Shown here: one piece after another, positions 46,043 to 62,293 of the stretch | How the letters are laid out: the number at the start of each line of letters is the position of its first letter | Numbering within the stretch: position 1 is the first letter of the stretch | Origin: Candidatus Multivoradales bacterium | GTDB taxonomy: Bacteria; Acidobacteriota; Thermoanaerobaculia; Multivoradales; JAHEKO01 | Assembly: GCA_965223155.1 (NCBI GenBank) | Contig: CBDCVR010000013.1 | Span: 736,001 to 800,000 of the forward strand | Reading direction: 5' to 3' | Length of the DNA stretch: 64,000 nt | Made by a program: the position numbers and the translations under genes | Notes under the pieces: model-generated | Told to the model about the DNA's origin: nothing | What the model saw: the letters and a program-made list of their open reading frames with translations, nothing else | The model's database searches: none

Positions 46043-47645
46043 GGCCTGCAACGCCGCCTTGGTGCTGGCGGCCACCTTGGCGGCCACGGTGCCGGCGGCG
46101 CGGGTCTCGGCCCAGGATCCAATCCAGATTCCGCCGCGGCATCCAAGCCAGCTCCGCTACCCGACCACGGACTGGAGTCCGCCGGCCCCGGCCGCCGCGG
46201 CCCTCGAAGGCTTCGGCACCCGCTCGGCATTCTTGGCCCAGGACGAGCTCCTGCCCCTGGCCGAGATCACCCTTGCCTTTCCGTCGGGCAGCGCCGACGA
46301 TCCCCCGAACGCTGCCGGGCTCGCGGTCCTGACCGGCGAAGCCATTCGCCGCGGCGGCAGCGCCGACTTGGCCCACGACGTTCTGGATCGGAAGATCGAG
46401 AGCGCCGGCGCCCGGCTGCGGATCGCGACCCGGTCGCACCGAACGGTGGTCCACTTGAGCGCCCCCGTCTGGTCCCTGGACGACGCCGTGGCCTGGACCC
46501 TAGACCTGGTCAGCAGACCGGCCTTCGCGCCGGCCCAGGTCGAACGCACCCGCCGCTTCCTTCTGGACAGCCTCGAGCGCCGCAACGACGACCCCCTGGA
46601 CGTGCTCGAACGCGAGTGGTTCTGGTGGACCTTCGGCCGGGATCACGCGGCGGGCCGGGCGCCCACCGCCGGCGACCTGGCCGGCCTCCGGATTCCGGAT
46701 CTGCGCAGCTTCCATCGCTGCCACTGGAATCTGGAGCGGGCCGTGATCGCGCTCTCGGGCAACTGGCCCCAGCCGTCCCTGGAGCGGCTTCGCGGCCGCC
46801 TGGCCACCGAATTGGACGAACGCTCCGGGAGCTCCTCCCCCGGCGCTGCCGCCATCGGGGCCCCATGTCCCGAACCGCCACCGGCCAACCCTCATCCGCC
46901 CGCGCGAGAGATCGCCGTCGTCGAGCTGGCGCGGCCAAGAGGGCCGTCCTCCGGACAGGCCTCGATCCTGATCGGCCGCCACCTCGGCGACGCCGGCGAA
47001 CTCGCCGAGACCGAGCGCTGGGCGCTCGAGGTCGCGGCCGAGATCTTGGGCGGGCGGGGCGCGGTCTCCCGCATCAACGGTCGGCTGCGCACGAAAGAAG
47101 GACTCGCCTACCGCGCCAACACCGACCTCGACCTGGCGACCGTGGGACAGGAAGAGTTTCGCGCCTTCCTCGAAGTGCGGCCAGCCATGGCGGCCCAGGC
47201 CGTCCGCATGGCCTTCGAAGAAGTCGGGCGCCTGGGCCGCGAGCCGCCGCACGAGCGCGAGTTGGCCGTCGTCAAGGCCACCCTCCAAGGGCGGCTCCAG
47301 AGCCGGTTCGACACCGCCGAAGAAACCGCAGGATACCTGGCCGAAAACGTCCTCTTCGGTCGCTCACCCGACTACTGGACCCGGTACCGTGACGGCATTC
47401 TGGCGGTGACCGCCGAGGCTGTCCGGCAAGCGGCGGCAAAGCACCTGGATCCACGCCTCCTGACGGTGCTGGCCGTTACCCCGGATGCCGGCGCCATGGA
47501 GCGCCTGCCCGCCTTGATCCAGGACTCCGGCGCCCGTTCCGTGACCATCCTGCCAGCGCGAGACCCGGCGACCCTCGAGCCGCTCCGGCCCTCGGAGCCC
47601 ACGGAGCCCTCGGAGCCCTCGGAGCCCTCGGAGCCAGGACCCTAG
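46029..47645 (+). CDS. M16 family peptidase, non-catalytic partner subunit
   Basis: Signal peptide, DELLPL, GSADDP, RGGS, LRTKEGLAY. No HxxEH. Overlaps the previous gene. Confidence 0.85.
   Translation: MPSAKACNAALVLAATLAATVPAARVSAQDPIQIPPRHPSQLRYPTTDWSPPAPAAAALEGFGTRSAFLAQDELLPLAEITLAFPSGSADDPPNAAGLAVLTGEAIRRGGSADLAHDVLDRKIESAGARLRIATRSHRTVVHLSAPVWSLDDAVAWTLDLVSRPAFAPAQVERTRRFLLDSLERRNDDPLDVLEREWFWWTFGRDHAAGRAPTAGDLAGLRIPDLRSFHRCHWNLERAVIALSGNWPQPSLERLRGRLATELDERSGSSSPGAAAIGAPCPEPPPANPHPPAREIAVVELARPRGPSSGQASILIGRHLGDAGELAETERWALEVAAEILGGRGAVSRINGRLRTKEGLAYRANTDLDLATVGQEEFRAFLEVRPAMAAQAVRMAFEEVGRLGREPPHERELAVVKATLQGRLQSRFDTAEETAGYLAENVLFGRSPDYWTRYRDGILAVTAEAVRQAAAKHLDPRLLTVLAVTPDAGAMERLPALIQDSGARSVTILPARDPATLEPLRPSEPTEPSEPSEPSEPGP
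47589..47633 (+). repeat. 9-bp tandem repeat x5 encoding a PSE/PTE tail
   Basis: CCCTCGGAG units, with one CCCACGGAG variant, just before the stop codon. Confidence 0.85.
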
Positions 47646-47715
47646 CCGGACCGAGAGCCGTGGCGCCTAGCCTGAGCGGCTGACCAGCTCGGACGAAACC
47701 GGTACGAGCCGCGGG

Positions 47716-50112
<2,397 letters not shown>

Positions 50113-50178
50113 GCGTTTCCGAAGTATAGAGCGGCGCCCGCCGCTCCGGGGCGCTCCGGGGAGCGGGCGCGCCGGCCC

Positions 50179-51402
50179 TCAGTCCACCAACCGGCGCTCG
50201 ATACGGGGGCCCAGACGGGTCAAGATCTCGTAGGGAATGGTGCCGGCGGCCCGAGCCACGGCCTCGACCGCGTTGGCGGCCTCGGGGTCCGGATCCAGCA
50301 CCACGACCTCGTCGCCCACCGACGCCTCTGGCACCTCGCTCAGATCGACGACGAGCTGGTCCATGGAGATCGCGCCCCGAACCGGTGCCATCCGGCCGCG
50401 AACGCGCACCGCGAGGGCCGGGGCCAGCGAGCGGGACAAGCCGTCGGCGTACCCGAGCGGCACCACGCCCACCCGAGAGTCGCTTCGAAAGACATGGTCG
50501 CGGCCGTAGCCGGTACTCTCGCCCGCGCGCACCTCCTTGATGAGGAGCAGGCGCGACACTAATCGGAGTGCCGGGCGGAGTACCGGGCCCAGCGCCGGAC
50601 GAAGTGCCGGCCGTGGCGAGACGTCTCCGGACTCGCCCGCGTCTGCGGACTCCGGCAGGCGCCCCAGCTCCGGTGCCGGCAGGTAGCCGTAGGTGGCGAG
50701 CCCCGGCCGCACCAGGTCCAGATGGGCGTCGCCGAAGGCCAGGACCCCGGCCGAGTTGGCCATGTGCCGCGCGACGCCGTCCCAGGGACCGTGGGCCTCG
50801 AGCCAGGAGCGAAACCGCCCGAGCTGCTCGCGCGCGAAGACGGGATCGGTATCGGCGGTAGCAAAGTGGCTGGCGATCCCAGTCAGATCGATCCCGGGCT
50901 CGGCGCGAAGCCGCTCCAGCAGCTCCGCAGCGCCTTCGAGCCGCACGCCGCCCCGGTTCATGCCGGTGTCCACCAGCAAGTGCAGCCGGATCCCCGCGCC
51001 ATCCGCAGCGTCCGGGCCGCCAACGTCCCGGCCGGCTTCGACCAGCACCGCCACGTCGTCCCAGGACGACACCATCAGCTCGAGCCGCCGGCGTACGAGC
51101 GCACCGGCGATCCCCGACCGCTCCGGCTCGGCGAGGCCGGTGGGCGGCATCAGCACGAGAGCCGGGCCCGCGTACCCCCATGCCCGCAGCTCCAACGCCT
51201 CGGCAGCGGTCGCCACGCACAGCCCGTCCGAGCTCTCCGCCAGAAGCGGCCAGAGGCGCTCGAGCCCCAGCCCGTACGCGTCGGCCTTGACCACCGGCCA
51301 CAGGGCGGTCCCAGGACCGATCCAGCTCCTTAGAGCGGCCAGGTTGCTCTCGAGCGCGCTGGTCGAGATCTCGGCGACAGCCTGGGCTCCTCCGGCAAGC
51401 AT
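50179..51402 (-). CDS. alr: Alanine racemase
   Basis: VVKADAYG (PLP Lys), DTGMNRGG, SHFATAD, NSAG, VRPG, GYG, GYADG, SMDQ, TIPYE. Confidence 0.95.
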   Translation of the reverse strand: MLAGGAQAVAEISTSALESNLAALRSWIGPGTALWPVVKADAYGLGLERLWPLLAESSDGLCVATAAEALELRAWGYAGPALVLMPPTGLAEPERSGIAGALVRRRLELMVSSWDDVAVLVEAGRDVGGPDAADGAGIRLHLLVDTGMNRGGVRLEGAAELLERLRAEPGIDLTGIASHFATADTDPVFAREQLGRFRSWLEAHGPWDGVARHMANSAGVLAFGDAHLDLVRPGLATYGYLPAPELGRLPESADAGESGDVSPRPALRPALGPVLRPALRLVSRLLLIKEVRAGESTGYGRDHVFRSDSRVGVVPLGYADGLSRSLAPALAVRVRGRMAPVRGAISMDQLVVDLSEVPEASVGDEVVVLDPDPEAANAVEAVARAAGTIPYEILTRLGPRIERRLVD

Positions 51403-51525
51403 CGAACGCGATGATAGCCCGGATCCTGGCGGTCGCCCTGGCCGCAGGCCGCCGGCGGCGGCCGCCTACGGACGGCGTGCCGGTTGATTCGAAGCAGGCC
51501 CAGAGCAGGCCAAGCAGCAGGCGCG

Positions 51526-54500
51526 CTAGGCCGAGGCCACGGGATCCTCGACGCTCACCGCCGAGCCCTTGCCGACGCTTTCCGAGGCTCGCCAGATCCT
51601 CTTGAGCCAGGCCACGAAGCTCTCGATCAGCACGTTGACGTAGGGCAGCACCAGCAGGGTCAGGAAGGCCGAGGACATAAGGCCGCCGATCACCGTGCGC
51701 GCCAGCGGGTAGTAGAAGATACCGCTCGTCGCCGGCCCTCGCACCGCCAGTGGCAGCAGGCCGATGATGGTCGTGGCCGCGGTCATCAGAATCGGCCGCA
51801 GGCGCTCCCGGCCGGCTTGGATGATGGCCTCGTCTGGCTCCAGTCCGGTCTTGCGCAATTGGTTGACGTGGTCCAGGAGCACGATGCCGTTGTTGACCAC
51901 GATCCCCATCAGGATGAGCAGGCCGATCTGAGCCATCAGATTGAACTCCGTGCCCGTGATCGCCAGCAGCCAGGCAACACCCGGGATCGCGCACAAGATC
52001 GAGAACAGGATGGCAAACGGCTGCGCCAGGGACTCGAAAAGCGAGGCCATGACCAGGTAGACGAGAACCAGAGCCAACAGGAAGTTGACCCCCATCTGCG
52101 CGCTCTGCTCGCTCTGCTCGATGATGCGGTCGTTCCAGGACCAGGAATAGCCCGGGGGCAGATCAAAGGCGTCCATGAGCGCGGCGATCTCGTCCTGGGT
52201 GTCCTTCCAGTCGTCACCCTCATAGGTGCCGCGCACCGCCACCCGCACCTTCCGGTTCTCCCGCTCGATCTGGCGCGCCCGTGGCACGATCTCGAAGGCT
52301 GCGATGTCGCCGAGATAGATCGGCGTACCGTTGGCGCCGCCCCCGACCTGGAGCTTCTTGAGATCGTCCAGATTCTCCCGGTCCTCGATCCGGAGCGCTA
52401 GCCACGTCTCCACCTCGCGCTCGCCAGCGTTGAAGCGAGGCAGGCGCATGGCGCCCAGGGTGAACGAGAAGATGTCGGCCATGTCCTGAGCGTCGAGACC
52501 GTTCCGCGCCGCCTTCTCCCGGTCGATCTTGACCCGCACCTCGCGCTGGGTGTCCCGAAAGGAGGTACGGAGATCCTGCATGCCGTCCAGGGTCTCGATC
52601 CGGCGCAGCGCCTCGGTGGCGTAGCGCTCCAGGAGCGAGCTGTCCTGGCCGAAGAGCTTGACCGCGAAGAAAGTGTTGTCGCCGCCGGTGTCGGCGTCGT
52701 CGTCGAAGTACAGACGGACGCCGGCCAGCTCGGGCAGCTCTTCCCGGACCTTCTTCTGCAACTCCTTGACCTCGTCGTCGGTCATGTTCTTCCGCGCCAG
52801 CACCATGGTGGTCTCGGCCCGGTTCTCCATGTAGAAGCTGTAGAGCGAAGCCACCTCGAAGTCTTCCTTCCTGTCCCACAGGAAGGGCTCGACGTATTCG
52901 ACCGCCTCGCGGGCCTCCGACTTGTAGGTATGGTCGGCGAACTCGTAACGTAGCACCAGCCGCTCGTTGATGGTGCCCGAGAAGATCGCGCTCTTGATCA
53001 TGCCGGTCGCGAACGGCACGATCCCCAGTCCGATGACCAGCAAGAGCAAGGCTCCGGTCTTCCAGCGGTGCTTGAGGGTCCAGGCCAGGGTCGCCGCGTA
53101 CTTGCCCTCGAGCCAAGCGATGGACTTGATCTCCTTGGCCTTCTTCCGGCCCAGGAAGTGCGCCGACATGAGCGGGATCAAGGTCAGCGACGAGAACAGC
53201 GAACAGGCCAGCGCGATGGTGATCGCGATCCCGATCTCCTTGAGCCAGGTGGTCAGATCGGTGCGGGCACCGATGATGAGCGGCAGAAAGACGATGAGCG
53301 TCGTCAGGGTCGAGGCGCTGACCGCCACCGCCACCGAACGGGCGCCTTCGAGCGCCGACTTCTCGCGATTCGACTCGGTCCGGTGCAGGCGATCGATCGA
53401 CTCCAGGACGACGACGGCGTTGTCCACCAGCATACCGACCGCCAGCATCAACCCCATCATCGACAAAACGTTGAGCGACTTGCCCAAGAAGTACATGACG
53501 CCGCAGGCCGCCAGGATCGAGAACGGAATCGAGAGCGAGACGATGAAGGTGGAATCGATACGGCGCAGGAAGAAGTACAGGCTGAAGATCGCCAGGAACG
53601 CGCCGATCACTCCCGCGGTCAAGAGACCGGTGAGGCCGCCCATGATCTCCTTACCCTGGTCCTCCCACACGAACAGGCTGACTCCCGCCAGCAGCGGATC
53701 GTTGTTGATGTCGTCCTGGATCACCGCCATCACGTTTCGCACCACGTCCACTGTGTTGGCGGTCGATTCCTTGAACACGTCGAGGCCGACCGCGAACTGA
53801 CGGTCCAGGAAGCGCCCGTGCGGAATCGGCGGCTCTTCGTAGGTGACTTCGGCGATGTCGCGAAGCCGCAGCCCGCGCTCGTCGATAACCAGGTTCTCGA
53901 CCTCGGCCACCGATTGGAACTGGCCCACAGCTCGAGCCGTAAAACGCAGGCCACCCTGATCGACCTGGCCGAGCACCAGGTTCGACGAGGCGCCTTGAAG
54001 CTGCTGGATAAGCCCGCCCACGTCGACGCTGTGCTCGCGCACCCGGCTCAGGATCAGATCGATCGAGATCTCCCGCGGCGCCACCCCGTCCAGAGTCACA
54101 CGGGCCACTCCTGGCACCCGGCGCAGGCGATTCAGAATCCGGGCCTCGATCAGGTCGTAGGACTCGGAAAGGTCCACGCCCTTGGCCGAGACCCGCGCCT
54201 GGACCACCGGGATGTCGTTGGTATTGAACGAAAAGATCACGATCTCGCCGATCCCGGCCGGCAGTTCGCCCTTGACCTGATCGATCTTCTCGCTGACCTG
54301 CATGCGGACGATGTCCAGCTCCTTACCCCACTCGAACTCGAGAAAGATCTGCGCCTGGTCGGGATCGGCCTGGCCGTTGAGCGTCTTGACGCCTGGGATG
54401 GTCGCCAGGACCTCCTCGACGGGCTTGACGATCTCCTTTTCGATCTGCAGGGGATTCGAGTTCGGGAACGGAATCTGGACGCCGATGAAGGGCGCGTCCA

Positions 54501-54618
54501 CCTCGGGGAGATAGGCCAGCGGCAGGCGGGCGAGCGCGATCCCGCCCACCACCAGGATGCTGATCAGGATCATCGCGGTCGTGATCGGCCGCGTGACCGC
54601 GAGCTTGGGTAGCTGCAT
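51526..54618 (-). CDS. RND efflux transporter permease subunit
   Basis: GMLVDNAVVVLESI, GIVVNNGIVLLD, RLRPILMT; 12-TM layout. Confidence 0.95.
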   Translation of the reverse strand: MQLPKLAVTRPITTAMILISILVVGGIALARLPLAYLPEVDAPFIGVQIPFPNSNPLQIEKEIVKPVEEVLATIPGVKTLNGQADPDQAQIFLEFEWGKELDIVRMQVSEKIDQVKGELPAGIGEIVIFSFNTNDIPVVQARVSAKGVDLSESYDLIEARILNRLRRVPGVARVTLDGVAPREISIDLILSRVREHSVDVGGLIQQLQGASSNLVLGQVDQGGLRFTARAVGQFQSVAEVENLVIDERGLRLRDIAEVTYEEPPIPHGRFLDRQFAVGLDVFKESTANTVDVVRNVMAVIQDDINNDPLLAGVSLFVWEDQGKEIMGGLTGLLTAGVIGAFLAIFSLYFFLRRIDSTFIVSLSIPFSILAACGVMYFLGKSLNVLSMMGLMLAVGMLVDNAVVVLESIDRLHRTESNREKSALEGARSVAVAVSASTLTTLIVFLPLIIGARTDLTTWLKEIGIAITIALACSLFSSLTLIPLMSAHFLGRKKAKEIKSIAWLEGKYAATLAWTLKHRWKTGALLLLVIGLGIVPFATGMIKSAIFSGTINERLVLRYEFADHTYKSEAREAVEYVEPFLWDRKEDFEVASLYSFYMENRAETTMVLARKNMTDDEVKELQKKVREELPELAGVRLYFDDDADTGGDNTFFAVKLFGQDSSLLERYATEALRRIETLDGMQDLRTSFRDTQREVRVKIDREKAARNGLDAQDMADIFSFTLGAMRLPRFNAGEREVETWLALRIEDRENLDDLKKLQVGGGANGTPIYLGDIAAFEIVPRARQIERENRKVRVAVRGTYEGDDWKDTQDEIAALMDAFDLPPGYSWSWNDRIIEQSEQSAQMGVNFLLALVLVYLVMASLFESLAQPFAILFSILCAIPGVAWLLAITGTEFNLMAQIGLLILMGIVVNNGIVLLDHVNQLRKTGLEPDEAIIQAGRERLRPILMTAATTIIGLLPLAVRGPATSGIFYYPLARTVIGGLMSSAFLTLLVLPYVNVLIESFVAWLKRIWRASESVGKGSAVSVEDPVASA

Positions 54619-57867
<3,249 letters not shown>

Positions 57868-57872
57868 CGACG

Positions 57873-59060
57873 CTAGCTCGCTTCCGCGTCGGCGTCGGTG
57901 GCCGCATCGGCGGCCTGGTCCCCGACCAGCTTGACCGGAGCGCCGTCCTTCAAGCCGCCCTGTCCGGCCACGATCACCTGCTCGCCCGGAGCGACCCCGG
58001 AGCTAGCCTGGACCCAAAGGCCCTCCTCGAGTCCGAGTTGGATCTCTTGCTTCCGCGCTTGCCCGTCCTCGAACAGGAAGACGTGCGCGCTCTGGAGCTC
58101 GCGCAGCACCGCCTCGCGCGGCAGCAGGATGGCATCCGTCCGGGTCTCACGCACGATGTCGATGGTGACGAAGCTCCCCGGCCGCACGCCCTCGGGAGGC
58201 GCCACCGCCTCGATGGTCAGCTTGATCGTGCCCGTCGCGGTGTCGACCACCGGACTGACCTGCCGGATCGAGCCGGCAAAGCGAGTCTCCTCGTCGGCGT
58301 TGAGGGTAATGCGCACGGGAGCGTCCGAATTGAGACCGAGCACGTCCCGCTCGGGCAGGAAGATGCGCGCCACCAGCGGATCCAGATCGGTGATCTGAAA
58401 CAGCTCGTCCGAGGGCCGGACGTTCTGGCCCACCTGAATCATGCGCTCGCTGATCTGGCCGGTGAACGGGGCGCGGATCGTCGTCTTCTCGAGCATCCAG
58501 CGCGCCTCGGCCAGCTCCTGGCGGGCGATCTCGTAGTCCATGGTGAACTTATCGAACTCCTCGCGGCTGATGAGCTCCTTACCGATCAAGTCCTCGCCGC
58601 GCTCGTACGCGAGCCGGGCATTGGTCTCTTTGAGCCCGGCCTTGGTCACCGCGATCTGCTCGTCGTCCCGGACCAGGGTTGCCAGTACCTGGCCCCGCCG
58701 CACGAAGTCCCCTTCTTCGACCAGGAGCCGGCCCACCCGGCCCTCGACCTCGCTCAGCATGCGTACCTGGTTCTCGGCGACCAGGTTCGCCGTCGAGGAC
58801 AGATAGGCCGAGATCTCACCGGCGGCGACCTCGGCGACCTCCACCGGGACCGGAGCCTTCTCTCCCTCCCCGCCTTCACCTCCCGCCTCGCCCTCACCCG
58901 CCGCGGCTCCGTTCTCGCCATTCTCCGCGGACTCGGCGGCCTCGCCTTCCTTGCCGGCACCGTTCGCTTTGGCGGCGCTCAGGTTCATAAACACCAGGCC
59001 CGCCACCACCGCTACGATCACCGCGGCTACCAGCCATACGAAACGCTTTTTCTTGCTCAT
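57873..59060 (-). CDS. RND efflux periplasmic adaptor (membrane fusion protein)
   Basis: N-terminal TM, VEEGDFV, IRAPFTG, VSPVVD, RPGSF. Confidence 0.93.
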   Translation of the reverse strand: MSKKKRFVWLVAAVIVAVVAGLVFMNLSAAKANGAGKEGEAAESAENGENGAAAGEGEAGGEGGEGEKAPVPVEVAEVAAGEISAYLSSTANLVAENQVRMLSEVEGRVGRLLVEEGDFVRRGQVLATLVRDDEQIAVTKAGLKETNARLAYERGEDLIGKELISREEFDKFTMDYEIARQELAEARWMLEKTTIRAPFTGQISERMIQVGQNVRPSDELFQITDLDPLVARIFLPERDVLGLNSDAPVRITLNADEETRFAGSIRQVSPVVDTATGTIKLTIEAVAPPEGVRPGSFVTIDIVRETRTDAILLPREAVLRELQSAHVFLFEDGQARKQEIQLGLEEGLWVQASSGVAPGEQVIVAGQGGLKDGAPVKLVGDQAADAATDADAEAS

Positions 59061-59153
59061 CTCGACGTCGCCTCCCTCGGCACGCGATATTCAATTGTCT
59101 TGGTCCGGCTTGAAGCGGCTCTCGTCGATGACGCTGCCGCACTTAGGTAGGAA

Positions 59154-59180
59154 TACGCATCGGCGCGAAGGAGTGTTTCA
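59154..59180 (-). promoter_or_regulatory. Putative ECF-sigma promoter of the RND operon
   Basis: Minus strand reads TGAAAC-N17-CGTA, ending about 93 nt upstream of the MFP start. Confidence 0.55.
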
Positions 59181-59280
59181 GCGTTTCTCTCGTTTCTGGA
59201 CGGCCGATTCCCGCCCGGAGCGCGTGCTAACATTTTTCGCGCCCCCCCGCCGACGCGCTCTCGCCAAAGCCCGGTAGCCA

Positions 59281-62202
59281 ATGATCGAGACGACGGAACT
59301 TCTCACGTCCTACGTCCGCGGAGTTCGTCGGCTGAGTGGGGCCGAGGCGGTAACCCTGTACCTGCCGGCCGCGGTCACTGGGCTGACGCGCCCTCTTCTG
59401 GTCCACGACGGCGGCGCCGACCCGCCCGAAGAGCTGGCCACGGTCGAGCAAGCCGCGGCCTTCGCCGACGAGCCAGTCCCGGCCGCCGAGGAATTTCGAA
59501 CCGGCACGGAGGCCGGTTGCCTGCTGGTGCCGCTGGACTTCGAGGGCGGAGCGACGGAGGGCGCGCCCCGGCGCCGAAGCACCGACGCCGCCGGCTCCAC
59601 GACGACGCCGCCGGCTTGGCTGGGTCTTCGCTTCCCGGAGCCGGCCGCAGCCGAGGCTCCCGAACGCTTCCTGAGCGATCGCCGGATCTTCGAGACCGCC
59701 ACCGAAGACGCCCCCCGCTGGTGGCGCTGGCTGTTTTCGCTGGGCGGAGCCCTGGCCAGCCATGCATCGCAGATCGCCTCGGTGCTACGCGATCCGGTCA
59801 CCGGGCTTCCCGACCGCACCGCCTTCCAGGCAATCCTGGACGAAGAGGTCGACAGGGCACGGAGAGACGGGGCGGTCCTGAGCCTCATCCTGATCAATCC
59901 CGACGAGTTCGCCATCATCAACGAGCGTTTCGGACGGGAGGCGGGCGACCAGGTCGTGCGCGAGATCAGCCACCGTCTGCGCTCCGGCTTGCGCAGCTCG
60001 GACCCCCTGTCGCGCTACGGCGGCGTGATCTTCTCCGCGGTGCTCCCTGGAGCCGATGCCGCAACCAGCCGCAGCGTAGGCGAGAAGCTGCTCTCGGCGC
60101 TGCGTGAGGCTTCGTTCCTGGACGGCGCGGTCCGGCTCGGCTTCTCGATCGGAATCGCCTCATGTTCGATCGACGAGCTGGAAGCGGTGCCTCCGATCGA
60201 GATCGTGCGGCGCGCCGACCAGGCCCTCAACGCCGCCAAACGGCTGGGCGGCGGCTGCATCGTGGACTGGAGCGAGCGGGCCGGCATCGAAGAGTCGGGC
60301 GCGTTCGACCGCCTGAGCGGCATCTTCACGGGCAACATGGCCAAGGACTACCGCAACATGGTGTTGTTGTGGGACGTCATCGACACGATCGCCACCAATC
60401 ACGACTTCGAAGGGCTGTCCCGCGAAGCGCTGGACAAGCTCTACTCCACCTTCAAGCCCAACCGAATCGGACTATTTCGTGCCCAGGACGACGGCACCCT
60501 GGCGCTGGTTCACGGCTTCACCCGTACCGCGGGCGGCGGCGAGCTTCAGCGCCGGATGGAGACCGTGGAGCCGGCCCTCGAAGAGACCAACCTGATGCGT
60601 CTGGCCATCGCCGCGGGGACGCCGCGCGAGCTGGCGCCGCCCGATCGCGAGGAACTGGGTTGGCCGGCGTACGCGGTGCCCCTGCGCACCAGCGGCTCGG
60701 CCCTGGGGGCGTTGCTTCTGGCCGACCCCCACGAAGGCCAAAGCCTTGACTCCGCGGATCTGGTCTTTCTGCACGCTCTCGGCAGGCAGCTCGCCGTGGC
60801 TCTGGATCTGGCCCGACTCGCCGCCTTGAACCACGAGCGGCAAGAGGGCGAGAAGCGCAAGCTGATGGCCGAGCTCAACCAGCTACGCCAGGCCCTGCAG
60901 CAATCGAAGCTCCTCTACCGCTCGCCCGAGATGGACGGCATCGTCGCCACCGCGCGGCGGGTGGCGCCCACCGACGCCACGGTTCTCATCACCGGCGAGA
61001 GCGGTACCGGCAAGGAGCTCCTGGCGCGAACGGTCCACGAGCTGAGCGACCGGCGCGACCGGCCCTTCGTCGTGGTGGACTGCGGCTCGATCGCAACCAC
61101 CTTGATCGAGAGCGAGCTCTTTGGACACGAGAAGGGTGCCTACACGGGAGCCGAGGGCCGGCGCAGCGGCCGCCTGGCCGAGGCCGACACCGGCACCGTG
61201 TTCCTGGACGAGATTGGAGAGCTGCCGCTGGAAGTCCAGAGCAAGCTCCTCCGCTTCGTCCAGGAAAAGCAATTCGCTCCCATCGGTGGTGGCAAGAACC
61301 GGCGCGTGGACGTCCGCATCGTCGCGGCCACCAACCGCAACCTGGCCGCCGAGGTTACGGCCGGGCACTTCCGGGAAGACCTCTATTACCGCCTCAACGT
61401 GGTCCGGCTCGAGGTGCCTCCGCTCAGGGAGCGCCCGGACGACGTGCTGCACCTGGCCCAGCACTTTCTCGAATCCTTCGCCGTGCAGTACCAGAAGAGC
61501 GTCCGCCGATTTTCCGAGCGCGCCGAGCAGGAGCTCACCCGGTACGGTTGGCCCGGCAACGTTCGCGAGCTCCAGAATCGCATCATGCAAGCGGTCATCC
61601 TCTGCGATCGAGACGAGCTCGACGCGGACGGCCTGAGCCTGCCGCTCGAACCCGCGGCGGCCGAAGCGCTGCCGCCCTCCTGGCCTGGAGGCGAAGCGCC
61701 GGCACCGGCACCGGCGCCCGCGATCGCCGGGCCCGAGATCTCGGGAGACAGCTGGGAGCGCCTGCGGGTCGCCCTGGGCCGCGAGCTGGACGTCGCCCTC
61801 GCCGGCGAGCGCGATTTCCTGCATCCATTAGGCACCTGGATTCGCGAGGATCTGATCTTGGAAGCCGATCGCCTCGCGGGCGGCGTGGCCCGCCAGGCCG
61901 CGCAATCGGTCGGTATTCCCGAGACCACGTTTCGACGCCGCCTGGCCAAGGCCGTCCGGCAGCGGAAAGCCGGGCTGCTGGCCCGTTCCGGCCGCTGGAA
62001 TGAGGTGCAGGCGGTCCTGGCCGAAGTCATCCGTGCCGGCGCCGACGGCGGCGCCGACGGCGGCAAAGACCTCGTTCGACGCGCTCTGCGCGTCTTGCTC
62101 GGCGAGATTCTGGAGCGGCTCCCGGACGACGTGCCGACCGGATCGCAGCTCCTGGGCGTCACGCCGCCGACGTTTCGAGCCCGCATTCGCGAGCTGGTCT
62201 AG
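59281..62202 (+). CDS. Sigma54-dependent enhancer-binding protein with degenerate GGDEF, GAF, AAA+ and tandem HTH domains
   Basis: DPVTGLPDR...RYGGVIF (GGDEF fold), [49 protein letters not shown], and two Fis-like HTHs. Confidence 0.9.
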   Translation: MIETTELLTSYVRGVRRLSGAEAVTLYLPAAVTGLTRPLLVHDGGADPPEELATVEQAAAFADEPVPAAEEFRTGTEAGCLLVPLDFEGGATEGAPRRRSTDAAGSTTTPPAWLGLRFPEPAAAEAPERFLSDRRIFETATEDAPRWWRWLFSLGGALASHASQIASVLRDPVTGLPDRTAFQAILDEEVDRARRDGAVLSLILINPDEFAIINERFGREAGDQVVREISHRLRSGLRSSDPLSRYGGVIFSAVLPGADAATSRSVGEKLLSALREASFLDGAVRLGFSIGIASCSIDELEAVPPIEIVRRADQALNAAKRLGGGCIVDWSERAGIEESGAFDRLSGIFTGNMAKDYRNMVLLWDVIDTIATNHDFEGLSREALDKLYSTFKPNRIGLFRAQDDGTLALVHGFTRTAGGGELQRRMETVEPALEETNLMRLAIAAGTPRELAPPDREELGWPAYAVPLRTSGSALGALLLADPHEGQSLDSADLVFLHALGRQLAVALDLARLAALNHERQEGEKRKLMAELNQLRQALQQSKLLYRSPEMDGIVATARRVAPTDATVLITGESGTGKELLARTVHELSDRRDRPFVVVDCGSIATTLIESELFGHEKGAYTGAEGRRSGRLAEADTGTVFLDEIGELPLEVQSKLLRFVQEKQFAPIGGGKNRRVDVRIVAATNRNLAAEVTAGHFREDLYYRLNVVRLEVPPLRERPDDVLHLAQHFLESFAVQYQKSVRRFSERAEQELTRYGWPGNVRELQNRIMQAVILCDRDELDADGLSLPLEPAAAEALPPSWPGGEAPAPAPAPAIAGPEISGDSWERLRVALGRELDVALAGERDFLHPLGTWIREDLILEADRLAGGVARQAAQSVGIPETTFRRRLAKAVRQRKAGLLARSGRWNEVQAVLAEVIRAGADGGADGGKDLVRRALRVLLGEILERLPDDVPTGSQLLGVTPPTFRARIRELV

Positions 62203-62293
62203 GCATGCCGACCGTCCGGCTCGGACGCAGCGTCGAGGGTCGCAACTGTTGAAATGCCATTGACTTTGCAGCGCCGGAGCGTAGGCTGGCTCG

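Noticed and set aside
47589-47633. Tandem repeats (also 22731-22760 and about 62038-62064) as CRISPR or mobile-element signatures
   Set aside because: They are short in-frame coding repeats with no spacers, and no cas or transposase genes are present.
62241-62272. AT-rich stretch TGCCATTGACTTTGCA as a sigma54 promoter
   Set aside because: The plus strand lacks the invariant GG at -24, and the minus-strand TGGCAT...TTGC has the wrong spacing.
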